Positions 1 through 11,295 of a stretch of DNA of 64,000 nt are shown one piece after another. The translations under genes were made by a program, and so were the position numbers. How positions within the stretch are numbered: the first letter of the stretch is position 1; every line of letters starts with the position of its first letter. The stretch spans positions 62,001 to 126,000 of the forward strand of contig CBFFRP010000025.1 of the NCBI GenBank assembly GCA_965644295.1, given 5' to 3'. This DNA is from Paraphysomonas bandaiensis (taxonomy: Eukaryota > Protista > Chrysophyceae). The notes beneath the pieces were generated by a model. The model was not told the DNA's origin, ran no database searches, and was given only the letters and a program-made list of their open reading frames with translations.

Positions 1-430
1 GACACTCTCAGGTCGCTGCTGACATCTGCTGAGAACAACACTTCGACTTCTGTTCCTGTCACTGCTGTATATAAAACCCACACAATGAAAAGCCGATTTT
101 TTAGAATATCACCTTTAAAAAACCCCTTCAAAAACTTGATTTTCTAGGATTCTATTGAATTTTTAGGACTCTGTACATTTTGGACATACATTTTTTGGAA
201 AAATTTCGCATGATTCTAAAAAGTGGGTGATGTATGCTCATATATGGTACATGTATGTATGTAGCATACTCTGCTGTGCTGGGTGTCCACCACATTGTTG
301 CTATCCTCCCATTGCTACAGAAGAACTTGAGGATTTGTTGTGTATGAAACGTGATGCATAAGGACTAGTGCAGCAAGATTCCACCACTGCTTCTCACACT
401 TAGTCTGTTGCTATCTATATCGATATCAGT

Positions 431-2496
431 ATGAATAAGTTCCTTACAGTTATTTTAGCCATCGGGGTGGGAAATGCGCTGGAGTGGTTTGACTTTGCTA
501 TATTCGGTGCCTTGGCTGATATAATCGGCTATCACTTCTTTCCTGCAAAGCATAGTAGTGCCGCACTGATGGCATCTTTCACATTGTATTGCACGGCTTT
601 CTTCATGCGACCACTGGGCGGGATACTGATGGGGTATATAGGAGATACGTATGGGAGAAAATCTGCATTAGAAATATCCGTATGTTTGATGCTAATTCCA
701 TCTTTTCTTATGGGCAGCCTTCCCACATTTCAGCATATTGGTTTCGTAGCTACCGGTGCTCTGGTGGTGTTGCGAATGCTGCAGGGTCTTGCAGTGGGAG
801 GTGAGATGATTGGTGCTTATATATACACCATAGAGGCCTGTGAAGGAAAGCGCCGGGGATTGTGGGGTGGAGTTTGCAAGGCCACGGCATTGACCGGCAC
901 TGTATTGGGCATGGGTGTCGTTACCCTCTTACGAGAGGTTTTATCAGAGGAAGACATGTACCAATGGGGTTGGAGAATACCTTTCTTATCTTCCATCTTG
1001 CTCGGAATAGTTGGTATATATCTCCGCTCATTCTTACACGAGAGCGAAGAGTATCTCAAAATAAAGGCCAGCACTGAACAAGTTAAAGAAAAGGGCTTCA
1101 CTACCGTGCAAGCAGTACGGGCGCACTGGCCAGAGGTGATACTGGGATCGCTTATCACCGCCTTTTGGTGCACGGGATACTACACATGCTTTATATGGAT
1201 GGGTATGATAATAACTGTAGATATATGTGACGTAGAAGGGAGGTTGTGTGTTGCTGTGGGTGAGGGTATGTAGTTGATGTAGAATTGTTGAAGTGTGCCA
1301 TGCATCTACAACCACTACCATATAGTGTATTGCCTATATACGTGCATAGCATCTCAAAATAACTTCAGGTTACTATACGTCTGATCTGATTCGCGGAGAT
1401 CCAGTGTCACACCCGTGGGCTATAAATATCCTTATGATCAGCGCTTTAGTTTTGCTGATGCCACTGGGTGGAATCATCGGAGACTCTCTCTGCCAGTATT
1501 CTGGGTAAACTTTTGTTTTTAATTGAATAGCGTAACCGTACTAAACATGCGGTTGCCACACATATCGTAACAGTACTACACATGCGGTTGCCACACATAT
1601 TATTGTTGGATGAGAGTGTGTGGTGATAGTATGCTCGATATTTCAGGAAGTTTCTAATGTAATAACATGATGAACCGCAGAAATGAAGCTGGATTTAAAC
1701 GCACTCTTATGCTCGGATGTGTATTGGCTTGCTTCTTAGGTGGGTTTCATATTTCTACTGTTGTAATTAGGGCTGATAATAATTGTTGCACACTGTAAAA
1801 TTTAGGAATTCCGGCATTTCTTCTGATTAACATGAAATCCATGTGGTCTGTCTGTCTTGGGCAGTTGCTATTCGCATTCAGTTTATCATTGTATGGTAGC
1901 TGCATGCCTGTCGTGCTTGTTACATTGGTACGCTCACTGCATATTTCACACCTTTACTAAATGAACTGGTACTTCTTTACAGTTTGTGACACAATATAGA
2001 TACTCTGCAATGGGAATAGGTATGCTCTTGTTTACTGAGGAAGACCGTTTACAGGATATGTTGCAGCTTATAATGCAGCGAACGCCGTTTTCGCTGGGAC
2101 GGCTCCGCTAATTCAAACTGCACTCGTCGTGCACGTGAACAAGAAATATGTAATGATGCCTAATTGGTGCTTATACTTTAATCTTATCGCTTGATTTTAT
2201 ATATTAGACTGGCTTTCTAGCGTCAGCTCTGCCAGCGACATACATTATGGCGGTTGCACTTTTGTCATTCATTGCCTTAAGTGTGGGCCCTGGTATAGCT
2301 GCAACGATGCGAAAAAGTGGGTCGAATTGCCTTTATAAGTGTGATCTATTTGACTCAGTTTGTGATAGGATTCAACCTGGATTCACTTGTAGTTATCAGC
2401 GGAAAGTCATCTATTGAGGTTACCGCTAGTATGGATAACAGTAATTCATCTGCCTGGCATCTCGATACATCAATTAGTCCAATGATTAAATCGTAG
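431..2496 (+). CDS. MFS metabolite:H+ symporter (ProP/MHS family), multi-exon
   Basis: Motifs GNALEWFDFAIFG, FMRPLGG..G..GDTYGRK, RMLQGLAVGGE and WGWRIPFL. Later exons (~1369-2496) encode further TM helices and YSAMGIAYNAANAVFAGTAPLI. Stop TAG at 2494-2496 after an inferred gtgggt..tag intron. Confidence 0.9.
1531..1600. repeat. 35-bp tandem duplication in an MFS intron
   Basis: cgtaac(c/a)gtacta(a/c)acatgcggttgccacacatat occurs twice (1531, 1566). Confidence 0.9.
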
Positions 2497-2915
2497 AGTT
2501 TTTATCCTCTTTGACATGAGTGAGTTATGTGAGTGTTGTGCACTGAAAGTTGTCGTTTGATAAACATGTAACATATAGTCGCTTTATATTGACGAGAGAC
2601 AGTATTTGTTAATTAAATGCATTGTAGCGTGATTTTTTCACTGTTGTGCGGTGCCATTGTTCCTGTACGCTGATTAAAGCACGTCAATCCAATTACTCTT
2701 GAAAATACAGTGTTAGGTACTGTTTCATTGAACATTTACGTCACCCAATAACACGCACTTTCTATGGTATGTGGTAACTAGGTATATAATGCCCATTTCG
2801 ATTTATTATTTATCTAAAATAATACACAGTAGCATGTAGCATAGTAGTGTAAGCAGATTTCACTATGTCAATGCACGGTATAAAATACACGATACACCTT
2901 AATTGAGATGACATG

Positions 2916-3439
2916 TAATGAAAGTCTTATTATTAGCAATAGACGTTAAAAACCTGCACCAACTTAGTAGCTAGATGAATCCTAGACAAACTAGTTAGAC
3001 CTCTACTCGTAACTAGTAACTAGACAAACTAGTTAGACCTCTACTCGTAACTAGTAACTAATCAGTACACACTTTTTTTATCCTACTATTTAACGCTACG
3101 AAAGCTGCTTGTGCGTCGCGGCAAGCACCAAGGTGCAACCACTTCCGTTCTGAGTCCTTAAGGTGAACATCCAGGATGCTTGGCTTCAGCAGGCAGCCCA
3201 ATACCCCGGTTACCCTTGAGGTGGGCCCATTCCCGGATGCCTGTTTATTCGTCTGGGCCCAAAAACGTCTACACAAGTGACACTTATTGGTGTCCCTCGT
3301 ACCACACAAGCATTCGGCTATGAGTGAGCAGAAGAATATCTGCTGACTATGTTTGCGGCTCACGTTAGTTTCCCAGAGAGAGAATATCTTTTATCTTATC
3401 CCCCAGAACACCACGAAAAGGGTCCGACTTTGTTGATGG
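2916..3439 (-). mobile_element. CCCTCAAC retroposon-like element, copy A (near full length, small deletion in 5' motif)
   Basis: Aligns with the copies at 31614 and 36465. Imperfect TSD AGATGACAT (2906-2914) / AGATGGCAT (3440-3448). Internal 38-bp tandem duplication at 2982-3057. Confidence 0.85.
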
Positions 3440-4819
3440 AGATGGCATAAATTGTAATATATAATGCTACAAGAGTTAGAATTTTATTGGAAGTAATTTC
3501 GACTAGTGGAAATGGTGTTTACTGGAAGTAAATTCTCAACGAAAGAACTTTCATGTGTGATCGGCAAGTGGTGCGTGTTGCATGGTGAGGTGCTCCATTG
3601 GTAACAAATGAGATATATCGCACATCCAATCTCTACAGTTTCTGGCCTGTTGAGTTTGTAAGGTATACTGTGAAATCTAGTGTCGGTCGTGGTGCAGCGT
3701 AGGTACTATTAGACACTACCAACTTTAATACACTACCAACAGCGACGAAACAGGGTACTGTAATTCTCTACAATGTCACACGGCTGCACAGTTGGATCGG
3801 TCTATTGCGGAGGAAGTCACAGCTTTTATGTAGAATAGCAACTGCGGAGCTGCCGATACGAATGTTTTTGCTCCTGACTGTACACACATACAGAAGCCGT
3901 AGACCATGCAGAAGTCATTATGGTATCGGCAGAGCCCAGAGTGAGTGGGGTCATCTGAAACTCCTCTAGTGCTATTGCTCGCTTGCAATAAGAGTGTGTT
4001 TGAGTATATTAGTACAATTGAAAAGTAGTAGTTGGATTTGAAGAGAAAATCAAATATTATCAATAGCTTTGTTAGATAACATGGATGGAATTTCGCAGTA
4101 AAAAGATAGTCACCAGTATACTGCTGCACAATGGCAACCCTTCGATATCAGACCCAACTGCAGAGAAATCGTCGCCAATAACGTGGGTAACGTTCAACAC
4201 AGGGCCAAGGCAGTCTATGTAGTATCGATTTCAGCGAGTTCTTCGCTCCCCCTTTTACTATAATGAACCATTTTCCTTGCAATGTCAATATTACCTTGAA
4301 CCTGCTCTATAATCTGAAGAGTTGCAGAAGAGAGGAGAATAGGAACCCTTTACTGGCGTTATTCATGGGGCTTCATTATTAACTGAGTATGTCAATGAAA
4401 TTAACTCGTGATACCAAACCATTATCAATATCTTATTACGGAGTTCTGAATCATGCTCAGTCACATCCATTACACCACCAGAGGGGATTGCATGCAATGC
4501 ATGTTACCACTTAGGATGCAAACATATTCAACAAAACTAGAAATTGATTTTCAATGACGTGTAGTAGTCTATGGTCGAATATATATGTGGAAAGCAATCA
4601 GCTGAGCATCTTATCTGAGTTAAGTAGTAGTCTAACACAATGCATCAGTGTGCATTGGAGTCAATCTGCACCAGATTAAGCAACAGGAGGATCTTCATCC
4701 AATCATATCGCCGATTCCAGAATCTGTTGGCTAATATTACCTATCATGTATTTTAGTATGTATTGTGGCGGTATTCTGTGTATGAATGAGAGTAACGGTT
4801 TCATGTGTGTTGCAACCAA

Positions 4820-4915
4820 CAGATACATACATACATACACGTACATACACATACACATACACACACAATGCCATATACACACATACACACACACGTACAT
4901 ACATACACATACATC
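4820..4915. repeat. degenerate (CA/TA)-rich microsatellite
   Basis: catacatacacgtacatacacatacac... upstream of CFAP77; source of spurious ORFs. Confidence 0.85.
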
Positions 4916-5002
4916 GACATGTGCATCTATACTTGCAGAGAGGAGTGACTAGTCGTGTATATAAGACACATTGTATTGCTGCTAATTGATAAATTGAAGA
5001 CA

Positions 5003-5838
5003 ATGACTGAGCATGAGAGAAAGGCACCAAAGAGAAGGACTATGGTAAAGGACAGAGTTGGTTGTGTGAAAGCAACCACTCGCAATCTACCTGAAGGGCC
5101 ATTTGTATACGGGATGAAGAGCCCTCCTGATCCTGAGGGAGCTGGAGAAGGTTTACATGTTCATTTCATAGTAGAATTCATATAAACAACATGTTTAGTA
5201 ATATCGAATTGGATAACGGCTGATCCATCTGCCTCAAAGGCTTCAGTTCGCAGTCACATACACTCCAATATTTTAGCAATCAAACATGGGTATGACTGTT
5301 CTTTATATATGACGTGTCTGACTAGTATGCAGTGCTGTTACTGCAAAAGCTGCGAGAAAGTTTGCAGAAGACCACACGCATATCAGAATGAAAGAAATAT
5401 TGAATGCAGAGACGAATACTCATGCAACCTCTGCATTTGAAGGTCCATTCGGACAAAAAACAGTTTAGTAAGTTCAATGTATCGTATCGGTTTCAGTGTT
5501 TTACAATGTCACTAGCGCGGACGAATCTATGGAGGCGCTTATACAGGCAAAGTACACCAATTTTTCCAACTATGATGCAGACTACCCTTCACTCGACGGC
5601 CTTGTTGATAAGAGTGCCCTTCCTCTTCCTCGATCAACGAGAGCATCAACCATGGTAGAGTCTAAAACAAAAAGTGCTAACAAGGAGGTAATATGTATTT
5701 ACTACGCTCAGCAAGTATTTATAACTCTTATATATAAAGGAGCCAAAGAAGCCTTTCACAATGAAAAAGTTCCAAAATATTCCTGGAAAGCTAAATTTGC
5801 CGAAGTCATCTGCGAAAACGCCTACTTCCAGAGCGTAG
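5003..5838 (+). CDS. CFAP77: cilia- and flagella-associated protein 77-like (DUF4483), about 5 exons
   Basis: Spliced product MTEHERKAPK..VGCVKATTRNLPEGPFVYGMKSPPDPEGAGEVISNW..NILAIKHGAVTAK..HIRMK..FG..MEALIQAKY..TRAS..KPFTMKKFQNIPGKL follows the CFAP77 pattern as recalled. Confidence 0.75.
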
Positions 5839-6234
5839 CAAATTGAACTATATTAGCTCTGTCTGTTTCGAGTTTCCAGGAAGAGTAGTTCTGATGTATT
5901 AGCGAAGAGTGTGTGTAGTGATTAATTTTCCACGTGAAGTGTGAATTGTGAGTCTTAGAGAACGTATGTATACATTTCCACAACTTAGCGATAGGAGTAG
6001 TGATTACTTTAAATTAAAATAACTATTTCATCATATGTGACTATATCTTTCATTTTAATTGTTTCAATGGATAATTAGAGCTTGATCAAGATCTAGTACA
6101 GTCTTATGACTGAATGGACGACTTACTGTATATTGTAGAGATAGCGCTTTCTAAAAGTGTGGTATTCTACATCCTAAAGTATCGTAGTATATAGCCGGTT
6201 CATTAAATTAGTGCATATTCTAGTATGTTGTGCA

Positions 6235-6505
6235 TTCTGTCCACTCATAGCCAAATGCTTGTGCGGTAGCCATTCAAAGACACGCCTGAGCCCCTATCTA
6301 CCCCCTTGTCCATGTATCTCATGTGAGGAACACTTGACTCACTGATACAGAATCCTCCTCCACAAAGTCCAAGGACTCACGTCCATAGAGAGCTTCTCCC
6401 GCACATACAAGAACGGAAATGGTCGCACCATGGTGCTTGCGGCGGTTGCGGCGACGCAGCAGCTTCTGTAGCGTTACATATATAGTAGGATATGAGAATA
6501 TGTGC
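6235..6505 (+). mobile_element. rearranged fragments of the CCCTCAAC element (copy B) separated by ~140 bp of other sequence
   Basis: 6235-6268 ttctgtccactcatagccaaatgcttgtgcggta and 6410-6505 gaacggaaatggtcgcacc..ggtgcttgcggcg..gtagcgtta both match the element. Confidence 0.75.
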
Positions 6506-6835
6506 TAGATACTTTGTGAAGTCTACTTATCTGGTGTTGGGTCTTGACACCTACTTCTAATAATAAGACTTGCAATATAGTTGATGTTTATCGGTAGTAG
6601 GTAGCCTAGCCAGTGTTCTCTGTTGCAATTAAATACATAACCGTAATAACACATTGAAAACTGCAACAATAGAAATGGGAATAAACATACAAAGAATTTT
6701 AGAAAGTAGTATCTGTTGAATATGTAATTTCTAGAGAGAAACATCATAATATTGGTGATGGTGATTGCTGCTCTGTTACATCTGTTTATCATATTCTCAA
6801 TGAGAAAAAGAATAGAGAAGGGTAAAAAACGCTTG

Positions 6836-7210
6836 CCTCTAATCACTCAAAGCAAACGCAATTGTGAGTGAGCAGATTGCTTTGGTAACTCATATCTGCT
6901 CACTTCAGGATTTTGAATTCTGAAGAGGTGAACAACCCGGATGCTTGACTTCAGCAGGCAGCGCAATACTCCGGTTACCCTTGAGGTGGGCCCATTCCCG
7001 GATGCCTGTTTATTCGTCAGGGCCCGACGTGACACTTATATTGGTGTCCCTTGTACCACACAAGCATTGGGCTATGAGTGGGCAGAATATTATCTGCTGA
7101 CTATATATTATATATGCGGCTCGCGTTAGTTTCCTGGACTAATACCTTCGGTACTTATCCACTAGAATTTAGAACACCACGAAAAGGTACGAGTCCGACT
7201 GTGTTGAAGG
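6836..7210 (-). mobile_element. CCCTCAAC element copy C (long variant, 3' part missing)
   Basis: Matches the family through agaacaccacgaaaaggtacgagtccgactgtgttgaagg and carries the extra ~75-bp segment. Confidence 0.85.
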
Positions 7211-7763
7211 AAATTACTTCCTTTATTCACCTTTTCCTTTCTAATATTGACTTAACTTACGAACTCACTTCAATAGTACAATTTATAATTTATAACACTA
7301 TTATAACAGTATAATATAGTATAGTATATATATATATCGTGTCATACACCAGCACTGTGCTCTCGAAAATTCAATAACTTAAACAATCAGTTAATAATTA
7401 ATAATATATCACTTCAGTAAAATACATCATATAGATGGTATATATAAGTGAGCAAAGATTCTATAAAAAGAATTTCTGTTTCTGTCATCATGAAATCGAA
7501 AGATTATTAGAACTTATTTATTTCTTAAATGTAGCCTGCATTCGTTATCTGGAATGGGTATATGTCTGTACCGTAGTGTTGGCACGACTGCTTACACTAA
7601 CAAGTCACAAAAAATATTTATCACTACGCTTAAGCTTTATACATCGCTGCGATGAAACTACAAAACAATGTAATAACTCTATGAACACATCTGCACACGC
7701 ACAACACCTATTTCTTAGATAACAAATTACCGCAATGAATTTCAAATGTGATTGATAAAAGTA

Positions 7764-10490
7764 TCATTGATTTTTCTTTTTCGCAGCAGATTCTGCTAAC
7801 TTTATTTCTTGATACTTCTCGTCGTACACTGTAAATATCACTGCCAGAACCATATTCAGTAGTATAAAGGAAATAATAACAACGAACGACCAAAAGAATA
7901 TTGCCGTCTCCACAGGACTCACTTCACGAACTACAAAATATAGGAAACGTATTAACTCGTCAGAAATAAATATATCAAACTTACGTCTATAGTACTCTCC
8001 ATACTCCCCAAGCATCATAATAAAGAGCGATGCCAAAGAATATCCCAAGTTCGACCACTCTGACAACTCGGAGCCGTAGATTTCAGTCCCGAGTACTCCA
8101 TAAGCCACAGCAATCACAACAAATATGAGTAGCACCGGTAACAAGTCACTAGCTGACCCTGTTATGGTAGCAGTCACAATACCAAGTTTCCTGTCAAATG
8201 ATAAATATCGAAAGAATTGTATCATGCCAGCAAACATCGCAGCAATAGCAATCAGATGAAGAGTCTCACCGATGCTGCTAATATGTCTAAAATCCTCCAG
8301 AATACTCTCCAAATGATCATCCAGATCTGACGAACCTTCCAATTTCAAGAAAGTATTGTGCAACGCGGCACCTGAAGTGATGTAGCGTACACGATAAACA
8401 ATTCCCACTGATATAACAACAATTGTAACCCAGTCCAGTATATCGTGCATGCCGGCTTGGTCAGGCAAAATATCATCAAATATATCCTCTATGGCTTCTC
8501 CGATGTCATCTACAAGATCATCCAGTTTATCGGCAATGTCGGTGTTAGATTTAGTTCGCTCAGGTTTTGTGGTATTGTGTGGCATATTATTCAAATCCCC
8601 ACCCAAAAGACCCGTTTCTATTCCTCCTGGTACACTACGCGCTACATTATGATCTACACTTCTAATCTCTTCGTCATTTATCGGAGGCTGAGTTACGTCA
8701 CAACACTTAGCCGACTTGACGTTATCACAAGGATCAGTGGGATGCACTGAACCTTTACAAGCTCTCTTTACACACGGAATAACACGAATCAGTCGTCTGG
8801 TAATGAGCTGGTATATCTCTCTCAGTGTGAACAAAGTGAAAACAATAAGCAGCATAACTTCCAGAACAAACACTTCTGTTGTGCGCCACTCGTATCCATC
8901 GTAGCCGTAAAAGAACTGAATCATTGGGACGAATGTTGTATCCACAGTTGCTGAGATGGCACCGTCTGTTCGGATGTTAAACTGAACTCTTATCATTGTG
9001 TAAAACAAATCTTCATTGCCCAAGTTGCGCGTTACTATATACACTCTAAATATCCTCGTGTTTTTATCAATAAAATTGTGCTCCCGAAGTAGTAGAGTGC
9101 CCTGTGCAGAGTCTTCAATCCATTCCTCTTGATTAGTGGTAGAGAAAAATAAGCCATAAGATTGCTCCCCTACCAGGTAAGAGTCCAACGTCTTTCGAGC
9201 CTCCACAAATGTTGTATCCATAGCATTCACTGGGAAGGACGTCAACTTCACACACCCGAAGTATACGTTATATAATTCCGCCACATCATTGAAACCAGCG
9301 ATTCGTGCTAAATAGCCAAAAATTGCACTTGGTTGTATATCTGCGAGATTAAGACAAGCTACTCGTATGTCGTACGACGAAGACACCCATCGATAAGAGC
9401 AATCTGTAAGCTCTATATCGTCAACATTCCCAGTGTATGAACTATTTCCCGGAAGAAGTACTAGAGACTCCTGCTCAGACACTCGGTCAGATAACGTCCT
9501 TGATAAAGTTGCCAGAGAGGACCTGGATCCTGGTGGACCGGGAGGTGTTCCTGAAGGTGTGGGCGACGGTGTCGGTGCCACAGTCATATCAGGCGGCTTT
9601 TTCTCATCCTCCGTTGATGAGTCCGTGTAGGCATAGCAAGGTTTTACTTCTTGCGGTCCATTCGCGTTGGAAAAAAGTACAACGGAAGAGTCAAGCCGAT
9701 AGGCGTATGTACCATCTATTACCTGTCCATCCCAGCCAAACGTCGACCCCGCTTCTCCTCTGAATCCATCCTTGTGAAGGCAATATGATCCCCAAGGTGG
9801 AGTGCATGTCTCAATTATTTTATCGTCCTTGGTGGGATTCAGGGGCTCAATAGTGCTACTTCTCACCTTGATATCATTTTCGCTTTTCACCGACTTTTTA
9901 ACAGGGAACTTAGGCACAGATCTTTCCGTGAATATCCCAAAAGATAAAATCATATGATTTCCAGTTAGAAAGACTGCCTCATGATCTCCTTTAATATAGC
10001 CAATGCTACCATCAGAGCATGCATTGGTATTGACACTGGGGTTTAGCAACGAATATCGCACACCGTCTATTTCCACCTCCTGATAATTAGGCGAAGGATA
10101 TCTGCAGTTCGCATTAATATGATCGACAGTTTTGCCACCTATTCCGGTGGTGACGTCATTGACCCACTGCCATATGTCGTCTACAGTGGTAGCTGCTTTA
10201 GCTTGATCACTTCTTACAGCATGCAACAACGATGTACGACTGCTAGTATAGCGATACGGTTGTTGCTGTGTATATATTGTAGCCATCAACACACAAAAAC
10301 AAAACATCATCATTACAGCGTGTATATAACCATAGTATAACTTTCTCTTCTCGACTGATGCATTGTCAACAGCTGATATTTTTGTATGAGGATGTAATAT
10401 AGTTTGTAGACCACGTGCTATACCGTATAGAGTGTGAGTACGGTCATTCTCTTTGCTGATACCGTTCATACCGTTCATAGGTATTGACAT
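7764..10490 (-). CDS. polycystin-2-like (TRPP/PKD channel) cation channel
   Basis: One N-terminal TM, a very large loop, then S2-S6 with DILDW, QFFRYLSFDRKLGIVTATI, AYGVLGTEIYGSELSEWSNLGYSLASLFIMMLGE and FILLNMVLAVI. First ATG at 10490. Probable in-frame intron at 7931-7984. Confidence 0.85.
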   Translation of the reverse strand: MSIPMNGMNGISKENDRTHTLYGIARGLQTILHPHTKISAVDNASVEKRKLYYGYIHAVMMMFCFCVLMATIYTQQQPYRYTSSRTSLLHAVRSDQAKAATTVDDIWQWVNDVTTGIGGKTVDHINANCRYPSPNYQEVEIDGVRYSLLNPSVNTNACSDGSIGYIKGDHEAVFLTGNHMILSFGIFTERSVPKFPVKKSVKSENDIKVRSSTIEPLNPTKDDKIIETCTPPWGSYCLHKDGFRGEAGSTFGWDGQVIDGTYAYRLDSSVVLFSNANGPQEVKPCYAYTDSSTEDEKKPPDMTVAPTPSPTPSGTPPGPPGSRSSLATLSRTLSDRVSEQESLVLLPGNSSYTGNVDDIELTDCSYRWVSSSYDIRVACLNLADIQPSAIFGYLARIAGFNDVAELYNVYFGCVKLTSFPVNAMDTTFVEARKTLDSYLVGEQSYGLFFSTTNQEEWIEDSAQGTLLLREHNFIDKNTRIFRVYIVTRNLGNEDLFYTMIRVQFNIRTDGAISATVDTTFVPMIQFFYGYDGYEWRTTEVFVLEVMLLIVFTLFTLREIYQLITRRLIRVIPCVKRACKGSVHPTDPCDNVKSAKCCDVTQPPINDEEIRSVDHNVARSVPGGIETGLLGGDLNNMPHNTTKPERTKSNTDIADKLDDLVDDIGEAIEDIFDDILPDQAGMHDILDWVTIVVISVGIVYRVRYITSGAALHNTFLKLEGSSDLDDHLESILEDFRHISSIGETLHLIAIAAMFAGMIQFFRYLSFDRKLGIVTATITGSASDLLPVLLIFVVIAVAYGVLGTEIYGSELSEWSNLGYSLASLFIMMLGEYGEYYRRKFDIFISDELIRFLYFVVREVSPVETAIFFWSFVVIISFILLNMVLAVIFTVYDEKYQEIKLAESAAKKKNQ

Positions 10491-10745
10491 CACGTGTTTC
10501 AATGATTTCCTGGGAGGATATGATCTATTACTGTATGAGATTACGCAGGGTACTCATGTTCTTCCTCTACTTCACCCCCCAGACCTGAAAGTAACAGGGA
10601 TTTCACCCTGGTTATGTACTGTATGTCTCATATTTACTTTAAGACTGAGTGAGTTGTGGTGAAGGTCTGTGTATGTATCTATAGGCAGACACAGCTGCTC
10701 CCTACCTGCTGCTACTGCTGTCTGATATTCTGAAAGTGGACTTCG

Positions 10746-10787
10746 TCCTCTGTATTCCTCTGTATTCCGCTGTATTCCTCTCTGTAT
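10746..10787. repeat. 10-bp tandem repeat (TCCTCTGTAT)~4 in a divergent intergenic region
   Basis: tcctctgtat tcctctgtat tccgctgtat tcctctctgtat. Confidence 0.8.
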
Positions 10788-11295
10788 TTGTAGCTCTTGA
10801 TCTCAACGGAATCGACTGTATTCCAATCAACGACTACACTGCGGTTGACGGGATACCAGGGATATGATTGGTCGGATCTATGGATTTAAAGGGAACGGAG
10901 GGCGATCATCGTCCGGTCTACCGTCGTCAGCAGTTACAATTGGGGGACTTATGGATACCCCATTCAAAAAATCGCAAATATTCTGACGTCTAAATTCTAC
11001 TTGAAATCTACGTATATACCCTCCTAGAATACGATAGTTATGACGTCGTGATTATATAGGCATTCTATCGTAGTCTCATCACACTGATAAGACTTTGAAA
11101 TTAAAACCATTAAATTAACGTGACCACGTCATAAACTTACTGTGAGTTGTGTTGATCTGATACACTATCCCATAATGAACAACGTTACATCCTCTCAGGT
11201 TATGTCCTGAGGCAGCAGTGGTTACATCCCGCCTGTGTTTGATACACCGGAACTGAGCTGTATCTAGTATCCATTATCGATATCTTTCCCTGAAT

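Noticed and set aside
3058-3363. Recurrent ORFs with CLCGTRDTNKCHLCRR (also 6847, 15601, 31565, 36706) as a small Cys-rich gene family
   Set aside because: All lie inside copies of the CCCTCAAC repeat, and starts, stops and frames differ between copies.
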